Assembly: GCF_032191835.1 (NCBI RefSeq)
Contig: NC_083226.1
Span: 38,688,001 to 38,752,000 of the forward strand
DNA from: Heteronotia binoei
Lineage: Eukaryota
Direction of reading: 5' to 3'
Length of the DNA stretch: 64,000 nt
The position numbers and the translations under genes were made by a program. Positions 13,281 through 25,262 of the stretch are shown here, in pieces. Below the pieces are notes generated by a model. It saw only the letters and a program-made list of their open reading frames with translations. It ran no database searches and was not told the DNA's origin. Within the stretch, counting starts at the first letter, position 1, and each line of letters begins with the position of its first letter.

Positions 13281-16200
13281 TTAATGAACATAGTCTTGCA
13301 GATACGCGGGAGGACGGCGCTCCCGGGTGGACCGTCTAGGGAGGTCCTGTCGGGGAGGCGCGGCTACCGTGGCTGTTGCTTCGGTGGGCCCTGGTGCGGA
13401 CGGAGGCGGTGGGACTGGTTCTGCGGATCCTTCGGGCTCTGTCGGTTCCGGTGCCTCCTGCGCCGGCGTTATGGGTGTTGGGGCCCCTTCCTCAGGTCGG
13501 CCCCTGGATGGCTCCTCCCCGGGTCTTGCCTCTTCTGTGTCCGCCGGCTCCTCCGGTAGCGTGCGGCGCCGCAACTGGTCTATGTGCCGTCGTAGTACCT
13601 GGCCCCCCTCGGTTGATATATCGTAGTGGCGGGACCCGGTCACCCGTAGCATTCGGCCCGCCACCCAATCGGGCCCCTTTGCGTAGTTCCGGGCGTAAAC
13701 CGGGTCGCCCGCAAAGAAACCCCTGACTGCGTCCCGGACCTCGGGGCTCTCGCGGATGTCTGAAGCCCGGTCGGGATGCAGTCTGTCCAGTCGGGTTATG
13801 AGCTTGCGCCCCATGAGGAGCTCTGCCGGACTAACCCCTGTGACCGGGTTGGGTGTGATCCTATTATCGAAGAGGAACGCGGCCAACCTGTGGTCCCAGT
13901 CGCCCTGTACAATTCGGCTCAGGGCTTCCTTTGTTGTGCGGACCATCCGCTCTGCCTGGCCGTTGGTGGCCGGGTGGAAGGGAGCCGACCTAATGTGCCT
14001 AATCAGATATCGCTGGAGGAACGCCTGGAAGTCGGCTGAGGTGAACGCGGTCCCGTTATCGGAGACTATGGTGTCCGGGATACCGTGTGTACATAAGACC
14101 CTGCGCAGCGCCTTGATTGCGGCTGCTGACGAGGTGGACCCTACGGGAATGACCTCCAGCCATTTGGTGTAGGCGTCCACGATTATCATGAAGATCTGCC
14201 CCTGGAATGGCCCCGCGAAGTCGAGGTGGAGCCTCGACCATGGCTTCCTGGTAGACTCCCACCGTGTCGCGGGGGTGCTGGGAGGCTCGGGCCGCGTTTC
14301 CTGGCATGTCTGGCACCTCCGAACCCAGGTCTCAATCTCCCCGTCCATCCCCGGCCACCAGACGTAGCTCCTGGCTAACGCCTTCATTCGGACTATGCCG
14401 GGATGGGTCTCCTGTAGGGATTCCAGGACCCGCTTCTGCAGCGGGGGCGGGACCACCACCCTGCTTCCCCATAATAGGCACCCTTTGTGGGCTGCTAGTT
14501 CCTCCCGCCTGGTCTTATATGGCTTGAATTCTTCCCCCATGTTCCCTTCTGGCCAGCCCCTCACCACCCAGTCGAGCACCCGTGCCAGTGTCTTGTGTTT
14601 CTGTGTGGCCTTGGCTACCTCCGCTGCGTGGAGGGGCTGCTCCGGGAGGCTCTCCATCAGCATGACCTGGTGTGCGGGGGCGGGGTCTGGACCCGTTTCA
14701 GGAAGCGGCAAGCGGCTGAGCGCATCCGCGTGACCCATAGCCTTGCCGGCCCGGTGAACCAGTGTGTACGTGTATGAGTTGAGGAATTGGTTCCACCTCA
14801 ACACGCGCTGTGAGAGTATTTGGGGGGTTTGTCGGTCTGGGGCCAGTAGACCTAAGAGGGGCTTGTGGTCCGTGGCAATGGTGAACCTTCTCCCGTATAG
14901 ATACTCATGGAACTTGCGGACCCCCGCCACGATTGCCAGGGCCTCCTTATCTATCTGCGCGTAGTTGCGCTCGGCTGGAGTGAGTGTGCGGGAGTAGTAA
15001 GCGACCGGTACCTCCCTCCCGTCCGGAAGCTGGTGCCCCGGGACTGTTCCCACCCCATAAGGCGACGCATCGCAGGCCAGGATGACGGGGAGGGCCTCGT
15101 CAAAGTGGTGGAGCACTGCATTGGACACCAGGACGTCCTTGACCGCCTGAAACGCGGCGGCCTGTCGTTTGCCCCAAACCCAAGGGGCTTTTTTGTCCAG
15201 CAGCCGGTGAAGGGGCTCTGCCAGGGCTGCCTTGTGGGGGAGGAATGAATGGTAAAAGTTGAGCACCCCCAAGAAGCTTTGTAGCTTCGCTTTACACGTG
15301 GGGGCCGGGGCTTGCACGATGGCTCGGGTCTTTTCTTCCGTTGGGTGGATTCCTGCCGCGTCTACGGCAAACCCCAGGAACTCCACCCATGGGACCCCCA
15401 GCAAGCATTTCTCCCTCTTAACCTTGAGCCCCGCTGCCTGGAACCTGCAGAGCACCTCTCGAAGGCGGTTGCCGAATTCTTCGGGGTCCGGGGGTGGCGA
15501 CTAAAACATCATCGAAGAACGGCTGGACTCCGGGGATCCCTTTAAGGAGAGTGTCCATTATGCTCTGGAAAATCCCCGGAGCGACGCTAACCCCAAACTG
15601 TAGCCTCTTCACCCGGAAGGCCCCCCTATGCGTCACGATTGTTTGGGCCTCCGCCATCTTGTTGTCTACTGGGAGCTGCTGGTAGGCCTGTGCCAGGTCT
15701 AGCTTCCCAAATATCTTAGATCCCGCTAGGGCGGCCAGGACGTGGCTCACCACCGGCACTGGATAGGGGTTGTCCTGTAGTGCCTTATTAATGGTGCATT
15801 TATAATCGGCACAGATCCGCACCTCCCCGTTTGGCTTGATGGGGGTTACGATGGGGGTTTCCCAGGTGGCGTAGTCCACCGGCTCGAGGACCCCTTGGGC
15901 CGTGAGGTGGTCTAGCTCTGCCTCTATTTTAGGCTTCAAGGTGAACGGGACCCTCCTCGCCTTGAGCCTAATCGGCCTGACTGTGGGGTCTAGTGGTAGG
16001 GAAATGGCTGGCCCCTTGTAGCTCCCCAGGGACCCATTGAACACGTCCGGGAACTCTCGGCATATTTCCCCGAACCCTCTGGGCGTTAGGGTTTGCCCCA
16101 CCCCCTCCAAGCGGATCCCCAAGGGTTTGAACCACGCCAGTCCTAGCAGGGTGGTAAGCTGGCGCTTTACCACCAGGATGTCCAGCGGGCCGTAGAAGGG

Positions 16201-17310
16201 CCCTCGCTCGACTTGTACCCGCGCCCACCCCACGATTTGCACCGGATTCTTCTGGAAGTCCCGGAGTATGAAGTCCGCCGGCCTTAGTTGCAGCCGTTGG
16301 CGGGGGCACAGTTTCCTCAGGGTTTCCTCTGCTATGATGGAGATGGAGGAACCCGAGTCCACCTCCATTTGGCAGGGGTTCCCTTCTATGAGGACCGCCA
16401 TTTTAATTTTGTCGGGGGTGGCGAGGGGCAAGTTCAGTACCTGAAGGGACATGGAGTCTGTGGAGTGGAACTCTGCCGACTCGTGATGCGTGGTCGGCTT
16501 CCGCCGGTTGGGCTTGGCCCGGCAGGCCCGTGCGATGTGGCCGGTCTTACCGCAGCTCTGGCAGTCCCAGGTCCGGTACTGGCAGTCCCTCCTGTCGTGG
16601 GGGTCGCCGCAGCTGGCGCACTTGGTGGCGGGGACCCTCTCCGTCGCTGGGGGTCGTTCGGGCGCTCGGGGGCGTTGGGCTGCTCAGCTGTGTGGCCCGG
16701 CTGGGCGGCGCAGCTGGTAGGCTTCTTCCTCCTCTGGGCGGTCGTGGTCCAGCTCCTCGCGGTGGACGGTGTCTGCCCGAGCCTTGGGGAAGGTCCGCGC
16801 GGTCCTCTCGAACGCCACTGCTTCGTTGAAGGCGCTCTGGAGGGTGAGTTCTTCTTTGGCGAAGAGCTTCTGCTGGAGCCTCTAGTCGCGGAGGCCCCAC
16901 GTGAAGCGATCGGCCAGGGTGTCTTCCAGCTGGGGAAAGTTGCAGTTCCCGGCGATCCTGCGGAGGGCCGCCAAGTAGTCGGCGGCCGATTCACCAGCCG
17001 CCTGGTCCCTTCTGTGGAACAGGAACCGGCGGGCCACCCGTGAAGGCTGAGGTAAGAAGTGGCCGGTGAGGAGTCTGCTGACCTCGGCAAAGGACTTCTC
17101 CGTGAGGCGGGCGGGGGCCGAGAGACCCTTGGAGATCTCGAACGTGGCCACCCCGCAGACGTTCAGGAGAACGTCCCTCTTCATGCTGTCCTCCGTGACC
17201 TTGTTGGCCCTCAGGTAGCATTCGACCCATTCCAGGTAGGATTCCCAGGCCTCTGGATTCGCGGGGTCGAACGGCTCGACGTGACCGGTGTTTCCGCCCT
17301 GGCTGGCCAT
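13281..17310 (-). pseudogene. Disabled Gypsy gag-pol polyprotein (~1342 aa if repaired)
   Basis: ATG at 17310 (MASQGG). In-frame TAG 16884-16882 and TGA 16686-16684. Zinc knuckles CASCGDPHDRRDC and CQSCGKTGHIARAC, protease VDSGS, RT PFFDD, +1 frameshift in the G run 15490-15494, RNaseH DAS...E, integrase D-D-E. Confidence 0.92.
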
Positions 17311-17374
17311 GGTGGCTGCGGCGGCGGTCGTGGCCGGGTGGTGCCCTTGGTCTCCTTCGTAGCCGATGAGGCTA

Positions 17375-17394
17375 GAATCCCATCCTCGTCGCCA
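17375..17394 (-). promoter_or_regulatory. Primer binding site for tRNA-Ser(GCU)
   Basis: The + strand GAATCCCATCCTCGTCGCCA equals the recalled 3' end (with CCA) of vertebrate tRNA-Ser-GCT. It lies 1 nt from the 5' LTR. Confidence 0.88.
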
Positions 17395-17395
17395 G

Positions 17396-17654
17396 TGTAA
17401 CGTACTCGAAGCGGAGACGAGAGTAGGGCAACATAGTTTATTTGGAGCACGTTGCAAGAGAGAGAACACGCGGGCCGGGTCCCACTTATATACAATTCCC
17501 GGTACAGCCTACTGGGCCGGTCAGGCCAATCCTGACTGGTTGAACTTCCCGCCACAGCTGTTGATTGGCGGGGGATTCCGCGCCCGGCGCTGGGGCGTCT
17601 GGGACAGCCCAGTTGCCCCCGCGCCTGGTCGCATGTTGTTACTGATACACTACA
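17396..17654 (-). repeat. Gypsy 5' LTR
   Basis: 259 bp, 256/259 identical to 13007-13265. The minus strand has CCAAT, TATATAA and AATAAA in promoter order. Adjacent to the PBS. Confidence 0.95.
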
Positions 17655-18259
17655 GGAACTAATCTCTATAGCCTGGGAAGAGCTGTAAACCCAGGGGAAT
17701 CCCCAGGTCCCACTTAGAGGCTAGCATCCCTAGAAGATACTCAATTTTGTTTGAACAGTTCATATAAAAATTCTAAACTGGTAGCTTCATGTCCCTGCTC
17801 TTTGTCAAAAAGACATAAGCGATTTTGGCTGAGGAGGTGGTAGATTCATTTATCTTATGAAATCTGGCTTTCATTCTCATCTGTCTGTTCATAGACAAGA
17901 GAAGGCGCAAGCTGCCCGGCTGGCTTCTTACATTCATTTGTCACTGCCAGTCTGTCTTCCCAGAAAGCTGCCTCTGTGCTGGGAAATCATGACATAAGAC
18001 CACGTCAAAGGAGCTCTTCCATTTCACTTCCCCTGAAATATCCCTCCAAATTTTCCCTACGAAAAGGTAAGGGCGGCAACTCAATCACTCTGGCACATCA
18101 CATTCACTTAAGAAAAAAAAATCCTAAGAACAATGGCAGGAAATGCTGATGGGTGGAAACAATCAACAGAGCACACAGCTCCACGAATCATGGAGTTTCC
18201 TGATTGGCTTGATTTGCAGTGTGCAAGAGCACTTGGAATAACCTTGAAATTATTATCCC

Positions 18260-18330
18260 GCTGGGATGAAACAGCTTTTCGCTAAAGCAGAACTTGCTGG
18301 GATGAAACAGCCTTTCGTTAAAGCAGAACT
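18260..18330. repeat. 36-bp tandem duplication
   Basis: GCTGGGATGAAACAGC(T/C)TTTCG(C/T)TAAAGCAGAACT twice, with 2 mismatches. Confidence 0.9.
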
Positions 18331-19151
18331 GGTCACGTGCCGGCTTGTGTAATGAAAAGCTTGTTGTACAAACAAGACCTCTAAAGAAATCAGGTTTGCG
18401 GAAGGAAAGCAGGATGCTAATGTTGATACCCTGGGCTGTTCTTGGATATCTGTGGAATGTGTGGCTACATATATAGCTGTGCTTGTGAGACAAACCTATT
18501 TTCCTTTCTCTGCTTATGACTACAACATTGGTCATTTTGGGCTTGGTGCTGCTAACTGGCCATTACTTTAGTGGCCTGGACATTAATAGTTCTGGCAACT
18601 AACCATTCTCAGTCATCAAACTAAACCATGCTGTTGGATCTTATCCTCCTATGACCTATCAGAGCCTAGCCCTGCCCACTGCTCATTGGCTTTTGCTCCC
18701 TTGTTCCACAAGCAACCTTACAGATTCCACCAGATTAGTGCAGCTTTTTCTCTATCCCTCCTCTGCTCCCTCTGAAGCTTCTTAAATTTGCAAATCATAT
18801 TCCATATTCAATTAATGAATGCCGCAGATCATATTTGTAGCCTTTAGGAATGTTGAGCTGCCACCAAATCTTTCATACCGGCATTTTCACAATGTTTATA
18901 GTAATATGGCATGAATCAATTTATCTAGCATTTACGGAGTCAGATTTCCGAGCTTCCTCTCTGGCTGCTGCACAAAATTTTGTTGCTGGGGGTCAGTGAA
19001 CCCTCAGGAACAGTGTAAGAGTTAAAGTGAGAGTCTGCAATGATTGTGAAATCTGTAGAAACCTCCATCCCCTCTCCCACAAGACAGACTTGTTGTCCCA
19101 TTGAGGGACCTACATGGTTGGATACGTGTCAGTGTCCTGGGTGGTTTAGAG

Positions 19152-19237
19152 CAGCGGTTCCCAACCTTTTTGGTATGGTAATCCACAAGTCCAGATTGTC
19201 TGAGTATGATTTCTGACCCACAGTTTGGGAAACACTA
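19152..19237. mobile_element. Very short (86 bp) hAT-Charlie-like MITE
   Basis: CAGCGGTTCCCAAC / GTTTGGGAAACACTA and perfect TSD GTTTAGAG. Confidence 0.75.
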
Positions 19238-19423
19238 GTTTAGAGATGTGGGTTTATCCTTTTTGTGTGTTTTCTGCCACAAATACAAGGGGAACACCAG
19301 ATTAGTCAAAGTGCTATATGAAGGGTATTACAGCTAAGGTTGCCAGGTTTATGTAAAAAAAAAAATACCTGGAGACTTTTGGGGTGGATCCAAGAGAGGG
19401 CAGGGTTTGGGAACAAGAGGGGC

Positions 19424-20112
19424 TAGGCTTGCCAATCCCCAGGTCCCAGCGGGGGTTCTTCCACTTTCCCAGTCTTTTTCCCACCCCCAGTCAGCTGGCC
19501 AGCGGGGGGGAGCCCCGCCCCCAAAGCTGCCATGTGATTTCCCCCCCCCCTCCGGATGCTCCAGTCTCCAATTGGAAAGGCTTCCTCTTGGGATGGGGTG
19601 CCTGTGTTACTTGGAAGAAGTTGGCTGCAACTCGTGAGTAGAGAGGACAATATCTCACTTCAGAGTCACCAGAAAACAGGGTGGGGGGAGAGGGGAGGAA
19701 CGTCTGCTGAGCACTTCATTATTCCCTATGTGGAGATCGATTCTCATAGGGTATAATGGGGAATTGATCTGGAGGTTTCGGGGGCTCTGGGGGAGCTGTT
19801 ATTTGAGGTAGAGGCACCAAATTTTCAGTATAGTATCTAGTGCCTCTCCCCAAAATACCCCCCAAGTTTCAAAATGATTGGACCAGGGGGTCCAATTCTA
19901 TGAGCCCCAAAAGAAGGTGCCCCTATCCTTCATTATTTCCTATGGAAGGAAGACATTTAAAAAGGTGTGCTGTCCCTTTAAATGTGATGGCCAGAACTCC
20001 TTTGGAGTTCAATTATGCTTGTCACACCCTTGTTCCTGGCTCCACCCCCAAAGTCTCATGGCTCCACCCCCAAAGTCCCCAGATATTTTTCAAATTGGAC
20101 TTGGCAACCCTA
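19424..20112. mobile_element. Non-autonomous hAT (Blackjack-like), 689 bp, nested in a short MITE
   Basis: TIRs TAGGCTTGCCA / TGGCAACCCTA, TSD AGAGGGGC/GGAGGGGC. Splits a short MITE spanning about 19336-20253. Confidence 0.8.
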
Positions 20113-21396
20113 GGAGGGGCCTCAGCATGGCACAATGCCATAAAGTCCACCCTTTAAAGCCGCCATTTTTTCTAGGGGGGCTGATCTTTGCCAGCTGGAC
20201 AACAGTTGTAAGAGCAGGAGATTTCCATGCCCCACCTCAGGGTTGAAAACCCTAACTACAGCTCACACTTAGCAGTTACTGCAACACACTTTTGAATATA
20301 TACTTAGCAGGAAAACTTGTTTGTGCCACCACTCCGTTGTGAAACAACTTTAAGACCTCTCCTACTTTCATGCAGGTCCAGGCACTTGTAATAACCTCAA
20401 ACCTGTGCTTCAGCTTCCTCGCATGTTTACAAACCATGTAAACAATGGATGTCCTGAAGGTGCTGGCTCTAGTCACATGGCTAAAAGAAACACCAGAAAT
20501 TGAACCAAAAAAACATAGATCTTTATGTAATACACATCCAGTATCTGTATTGCATCAACCACCGAGAAAGCAGCAAGCAAGCCAATAAATATACGTGGAA
20601 AGAATGAGTTCACGTGTAATTACTTTTTTATTTAATTGCCTATGCATAAAAATAAATGCGGAAATGAGGAGCAGATAAACATCTTAACATCCAAGGTGGC
20701 TCTTTCTGTTAATAAGAACAATAGAACAGCCCAATTTTAATAAAGTGTTATGGCTTGCTCAACTAAAAATGTTATTGTTCTGCCTCTCTTCCATAAGTTA
20801 AAGACCTATTTATTTTCAAGTGGGTTTCCTAAGCAAGAGCCATGCAAAGTATGAGAGGACAGATCAGCAAACATGCAGTCTTGTGGCCATGGCTATATAG
20901 CTCTATTGTCTGTATTCAGCTGTTCCCAACAATAGACACATTAGAGGAAGAATAATATTTACATCCACCCTATTTACATCCTTGAAATAGGAAATGAACC
21001 TACTCTTGGGGATAGGGTTGGGCTGGACAGAATGGAAAGATGCAGCCCAGAGAAAACACAAATTAAAGGCGTGTGAAAAAAACCAGCTAGTTCCAAAATG
21101 GGTAAAGGGTCATACGTCAAGACAGAAAAATGGGCTTGGAATCGCTCAATCAGTCTTCCTGCAATGACCTTGGGAAAGTTTCAGGGCACATTCAAGCCAA
21201 AGATCTGCACTTTCCTGTTGCTTTCCATGGGAAAGGTAAACACAGGTTTTATTCATTAAAATAAAATTATCCCACATTCCCAAGTTCAGAAAGACTTATA
21301 AGATTCATTTAATATATGATGCAACCAATAAAAATTAAAATCCACTACAATTAAAATGTAACAGGTTGTTTTTCTTGTTATCTGATCCTTCCATAT

Positions 21397-21696
21397 AAAA
21401 AGGTAAAGGTGGTCCCCTGTGCAAGCACCAGTCATTTCCGACTCTGGAGTGATGTTGTATCGTGACATTTTCACAGCAGACTTTTTTTACGGGGTGGTTT
21501 GCCACTGCCTTCCCCAGTCATCTACACTTTCCCCCCAGCAAGCTGGGTACTCATTTTACCAACCTCGGAAGGATGGAAGGCTGAGTCAACCTTGAACCAG
21601 CTACCTGAAACCCAGCTTCCGCTGGGATCGAACTCAGGTTGTGAGCAGAGAGCTCAGACTGCAGTACTGCAGCTTTGCCACTCTGCACCACAGGGC
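21397..21696 (-). mobile_element. Sauria SINE
   Basis: The minus strand has a tRNA-like head (A box tggtgcagagtgg, B box gttcgatccc), the typical body and an (ACCTTT)n tail. Confidence 0.85.
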
Positions 21697-22551
21697 TTGA
21701 TCTTTCCATTTATAACTCTTCCAAAAGACTTCCTATTTTCCATTTTGAAAACTATCCAATAGCCAGTTTGAAAAGCCACGTCTTGCAAACTTCTCCAAAG
21801 ACCAAAAAAGTCATTTTTCTTCTGGCAATCCATTCCAAAATTGTGGCATTACCACTGAAAAGGTCCATTCTCACTGTCATCAATCACACTTCAGTGAAAA
21901 GGAACCAATAGCAGAAGCAACTGGACAGATCTTAAGGTGCATCGGGATCTAATACATGCAGCTAAAATAGTCTCCCTTTGAAATCCATTGGGTTTAACGT
22001 GGATTAGCTTTGTCCCTTGGTGTCAGTTTCATTTTCTTAGTTGCAAAACATAAATTGTAACCACTAAAGTATCTCTCAGTGTTTGGACAAAAAACAAAGT
22101 AAGAGTTACAGCAACATGAATGTGAAAGAAAAAAAATAGAAGCTTACTGTGTCTGCTAATGTCTTCTGGGAAGGCTGCAGGAGGAATGAAGGGCCGAGTC
22201 AGATCCAAGGATCACTTTGTTCAATGTTATATCTGCAGACAGATGTAAGGATGCTTTTTTAGGTGCTTCTTCTGTGGTGGGCAGAAGTGTGTTTCCTGAT
22301 TGGTGGGGTGGGACACATTTCAAAAACTTACTTACTTACTATTTCAGTAGGGCCTAGGACAATATTCACAGGAAGGTTCAAATTCAAAGGCCTTCTCTTG
22401 GGTATTTCCACCTTAAGTGGAAATGTAGTTTTAGAGCATTTTCCTACTTATGTCTTATAATAACCAGCTGTATTGATATGTCTGAGGAGTAATCCTGTGT
22501 AGTCTGAAATATCATGTATGTATACATACAGGCCTGTGTGTGCTTTACAAC

Positions 22552-23534
22552 TAGGCTTCCCAATCCCCAGGTCCCAGCGAGGGATCCCCCGTTTGTACAG
22601 GCTTCTCCCCACCCCCAGCCAGCTGGCCGGCAGGGGAAGCCCCCCCCCCCGCAGTCACCATGTAGTTTTAGAGCTCCTGCAGGTCCGTTTTTAAAATATG
22701 TGTCTTTAAGGCTGAGCAGGAAACAGGAAGGGCTTTGGAGAACAGCCCCTCCCTTTGCTTTGCTTTCGTTTTCAGATCAAGAAAAGTTCTGCAGGAACAA
22801 GACTCAGTAAGTATTTGTGTGTGAGAGAGAGGGATTCCCTGGTTTGGAGGCCCTCCCCCCGCTTTAGAAAGCAGGGGGGGAGGGGGAGGGAAATGTCTAC
22901 TGGGCACTCTGTTATTCCCTATGGAGAATGATTCCCATAGGGAATAATGAGGAATTGATCCATGGGTATTGGGGGCTCTGGGGGGGGCTATGTTTTGAGG
23001 TAGAGGCACCAAAATTTTAGTATAGCATCTAGTGCCTCTCCCCAAAATACCCCCCAAGTTTCAAAATGATTGGACCAGGGGGTCCAATTCTATGAGCCCC
23101 AAAAGATGGTGCCCTTATCCTTCATTATTTCCTGTGAAAGAAAGGCATTTTAAAAAGGTGTGCTGTCCCTTTAAACGTGATGGCCAGAATTCCCTTGGAG
23201 TTTAATTATGTTTGTCACACCCTTGTTCCTGGCTCCGCCCCCAATGTCTCCTGGCTCCACCCCCAAAGTCTCCTGGCTCCGTCCCCAATGTCTCCTGGCT
23301 CCACCTCCAAAGTCTCCTGGCTCCACCCCCAAAGTCCCCAGATATTTCATTTCTTTTTCCTTTTTTTTAAATTTTAAAATTGTATACATACAAAATAGTC
23401 AAAAGAATCCGTCTTAAAAATATGTGTACATATATCCTCAAAAACCCCTAAAAAAATTGTAACCAAATATTTTGAATTACAACCAAAAGGCCTGCCCAAA
23501 ACAGGTATTTCTTGAATTGGACTTGGCAACCCTA
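22552..23534. mobile_element. Non-autonomous hAT (Blackjack-like), 983 bp
   Basis: TIRs, TSD TTTACAAC/TTTGCAAC, shared core and an internal 22-bp VNTR. Confidence 0.8.
23227..23336. repeat. 22-bp minisatellite x5 inside a hAT element
   Basis: Units TCCTGGCTCC(G/A)CCCCCAA(T/A)GTC in A-B-A-B-B order. Confidence 0.92.
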
Positions 23535-25050
23535 TTTGCAACCTGGGTTATCTCAAGGGCTGGGCTAGATTTGGCACACTCCAAAGATTCATTCCTAAAT
23601 ATATTCAGTTGTTATAAGGGTGCCTGGGATGTGATTCGTTTTGATCTTTTTAAAGTAAAAAAAAATAACAATAACAATATTATCAAAAGATAAACAGGCA
23701 GTCTTTTTGGAATCAAAGGGATACGCCTTTGACATGCATACCTTGTTTAGAGACCCATGTAATTTATAACATCTGCTCAGTATATAAACCTGTTAACTGG
23801 CCAGCAGTACAGATGCTTTAGATGCATTTTTGGCCTAAGATGAGGCCAAAAGATGGGCGTTTGTCTGTCAGGTGTCTACCCACCCTATATGGCACACATT
23901 TCTGTTTGCTAACTCTCGAAATTTGGTAGGCTGAAGCAAACACTTTCAAAACCGAGCTTTTACATTTGAGTAAACTGAAGTTCATGGCAAAGCTTTGAAA
24001 AGTAGGGAAGTAGTACTTTTGATTTAGAAAGAATTAAAATGAAACTCAGAATAGTTGTGTATTTATGGTTCCTACCAGGAATAAAAACATTGTAGTTTAA
24101 CCGTAATGAATAGTACCATACCTGAACTTATACAGTGAGTTATTTTGGGGTAATGAATTTTGTTTTATTTCTTGGACAGTGTGTGTGGTATTCTGCAAGT
24201 AGAGTCCTCATGTGAACATAAGCAGGACTTTTTTATATAGAAAAAGCCCAACAGGAACTCAATTGTATATTAGGCCACACCCCCTGTCACCAAGCCAACC
24301 AGAACTGTGTTCCTGCTTTTTAAAAAAAACAACAAAAACCTGGGTATAAGTATGAAGAGATCTGGGGCAGAAAATTTTCCAATGGTTTGTTATTTGCTGA
24401 AAATTTTTCCTTCTACATAGGGTTTCAAAAAAGTATTAGCAATGAATGATTGCCATTGCCGATACATTTTAAGGCAAGACTGGCAAATTCAAAATTTTAA
24501 TGAATGTTTTTCAGATGATTTATCTCTGGGAATTGTGTCTGAGAATACATGTAAGCTTTATTGCTTCATAAACTGGGGGTGGGAGGATAACACTGTAAAT
24601 GCTTTTAAAGTAAATACTTTTAAAGGTGAAGCAGAGAAATAACGAGGTCTGCATAGACTTACTGGCTTGAAGCGAGGTTGACTTTATGGTTTCATAAGCA
24701 GAACCCAGTTGGGCATGGGCCCCCAAAATGACTGAGTTACAATCATTCTATATACAGACAGTTTTATTCACACAGAAAACAAGCAGGCAGGCACACAGGC
24801 TTATCTGATTTCAAAGGCCCCACCTCCAGTAAGTTTCCTTACTTATCTATCACAGCAAGTCGCCTGTAGGAGGCTGTTCCCTTATCTAATCTTACAGCTG
24901 GAGCTCACACCCACTGGGCTGTAGAGTCAGTTTCTAACGGCAGTTTTACAACAGACCCCTTTGTTTGAAGACAAAGCATATTTTTACTCAGTATGACAAA
25001 TATTATTATTATTGGGGGTATTAATTAATTATTCAGGGACTCTCCTTCAT

Positions 25051-25262
25051 TGGGTTGCCAGCCTCCAGGTAGGACCTGGAGTTCTCCCACTTTTGCAACT
25101 GAGCTGCACCTGACAGAGATCAGCTCCCCTGGAGAAAATGGCTGCTTGGAAGGCTGGTCTGTATGGCATTGTACCATGCTGAGGCCCCTCTCCTCCCCAA
25201 ACCCCACCTTCATACACCTCAAAAGTCTCCAGGTATTTTCTAACCCAGGTCTGGCAACCCTG
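25051..25262. mobile_element. Short ~210-bp Blackjack-like MITE (representative copy; relatives near 605, 2715, 10273, 12905, 27570, 30632, 31299, 33430, 56355)
   Basis: GGGTTGCCA / TGGCAACCC ends and shared internal motif cccctggagaaaatggctgctttggagggtggactc. Confidence 0.75.

Larger units (their letters stand above)
13007..17654 (-). mobile_element. Full-length Ty3/Gypsy LTR retrotransposon, 4648 bp (single-ORF, Mag-like; clade inferred)
   Basis: Two 259-bp LTRs with TG...CA ends and a 5-bp TSD GGAAC (13002-13006 / 17655-17659). PBS and PPT present. Domain order gag-CCHC-protease-RT-RNaseH-integrase. Inserted into a short MITE, antisense to PALM2. Confidence 0.97.

Noticed and set aside
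16882-16884. TAG in gag as a programmed read-through codon
   Set aside because: It lies mid-capsid, before the zinc knuckles, and a second stop follows at 16686. It is best explained as a GAG-to-TAG mutation.
17375-17394. tRNA-Ser gene
   Set aside because: Only 20 nt match and they include CCA, so this is a primer binding site.
13284-17555. Many long overlapping ORFs on both strands within the Gypsy element
   Set aside because: These are by-products of high GC content and low stop-codon density. Only the gag-pol frame has recognisable domains.
9349-20246. Recurrent ORFs MDQGVQFYEPQKK... and MSPKRRCPYPSLF...
   Set aside because: They recur because the same non-autonomous hAT core is repeated. 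There are no transposase motifs.
23227-23336. CRISPR-like array
   Set aside because: The units are contiguous with no unique spacers, and the context is a vertebrate intron.
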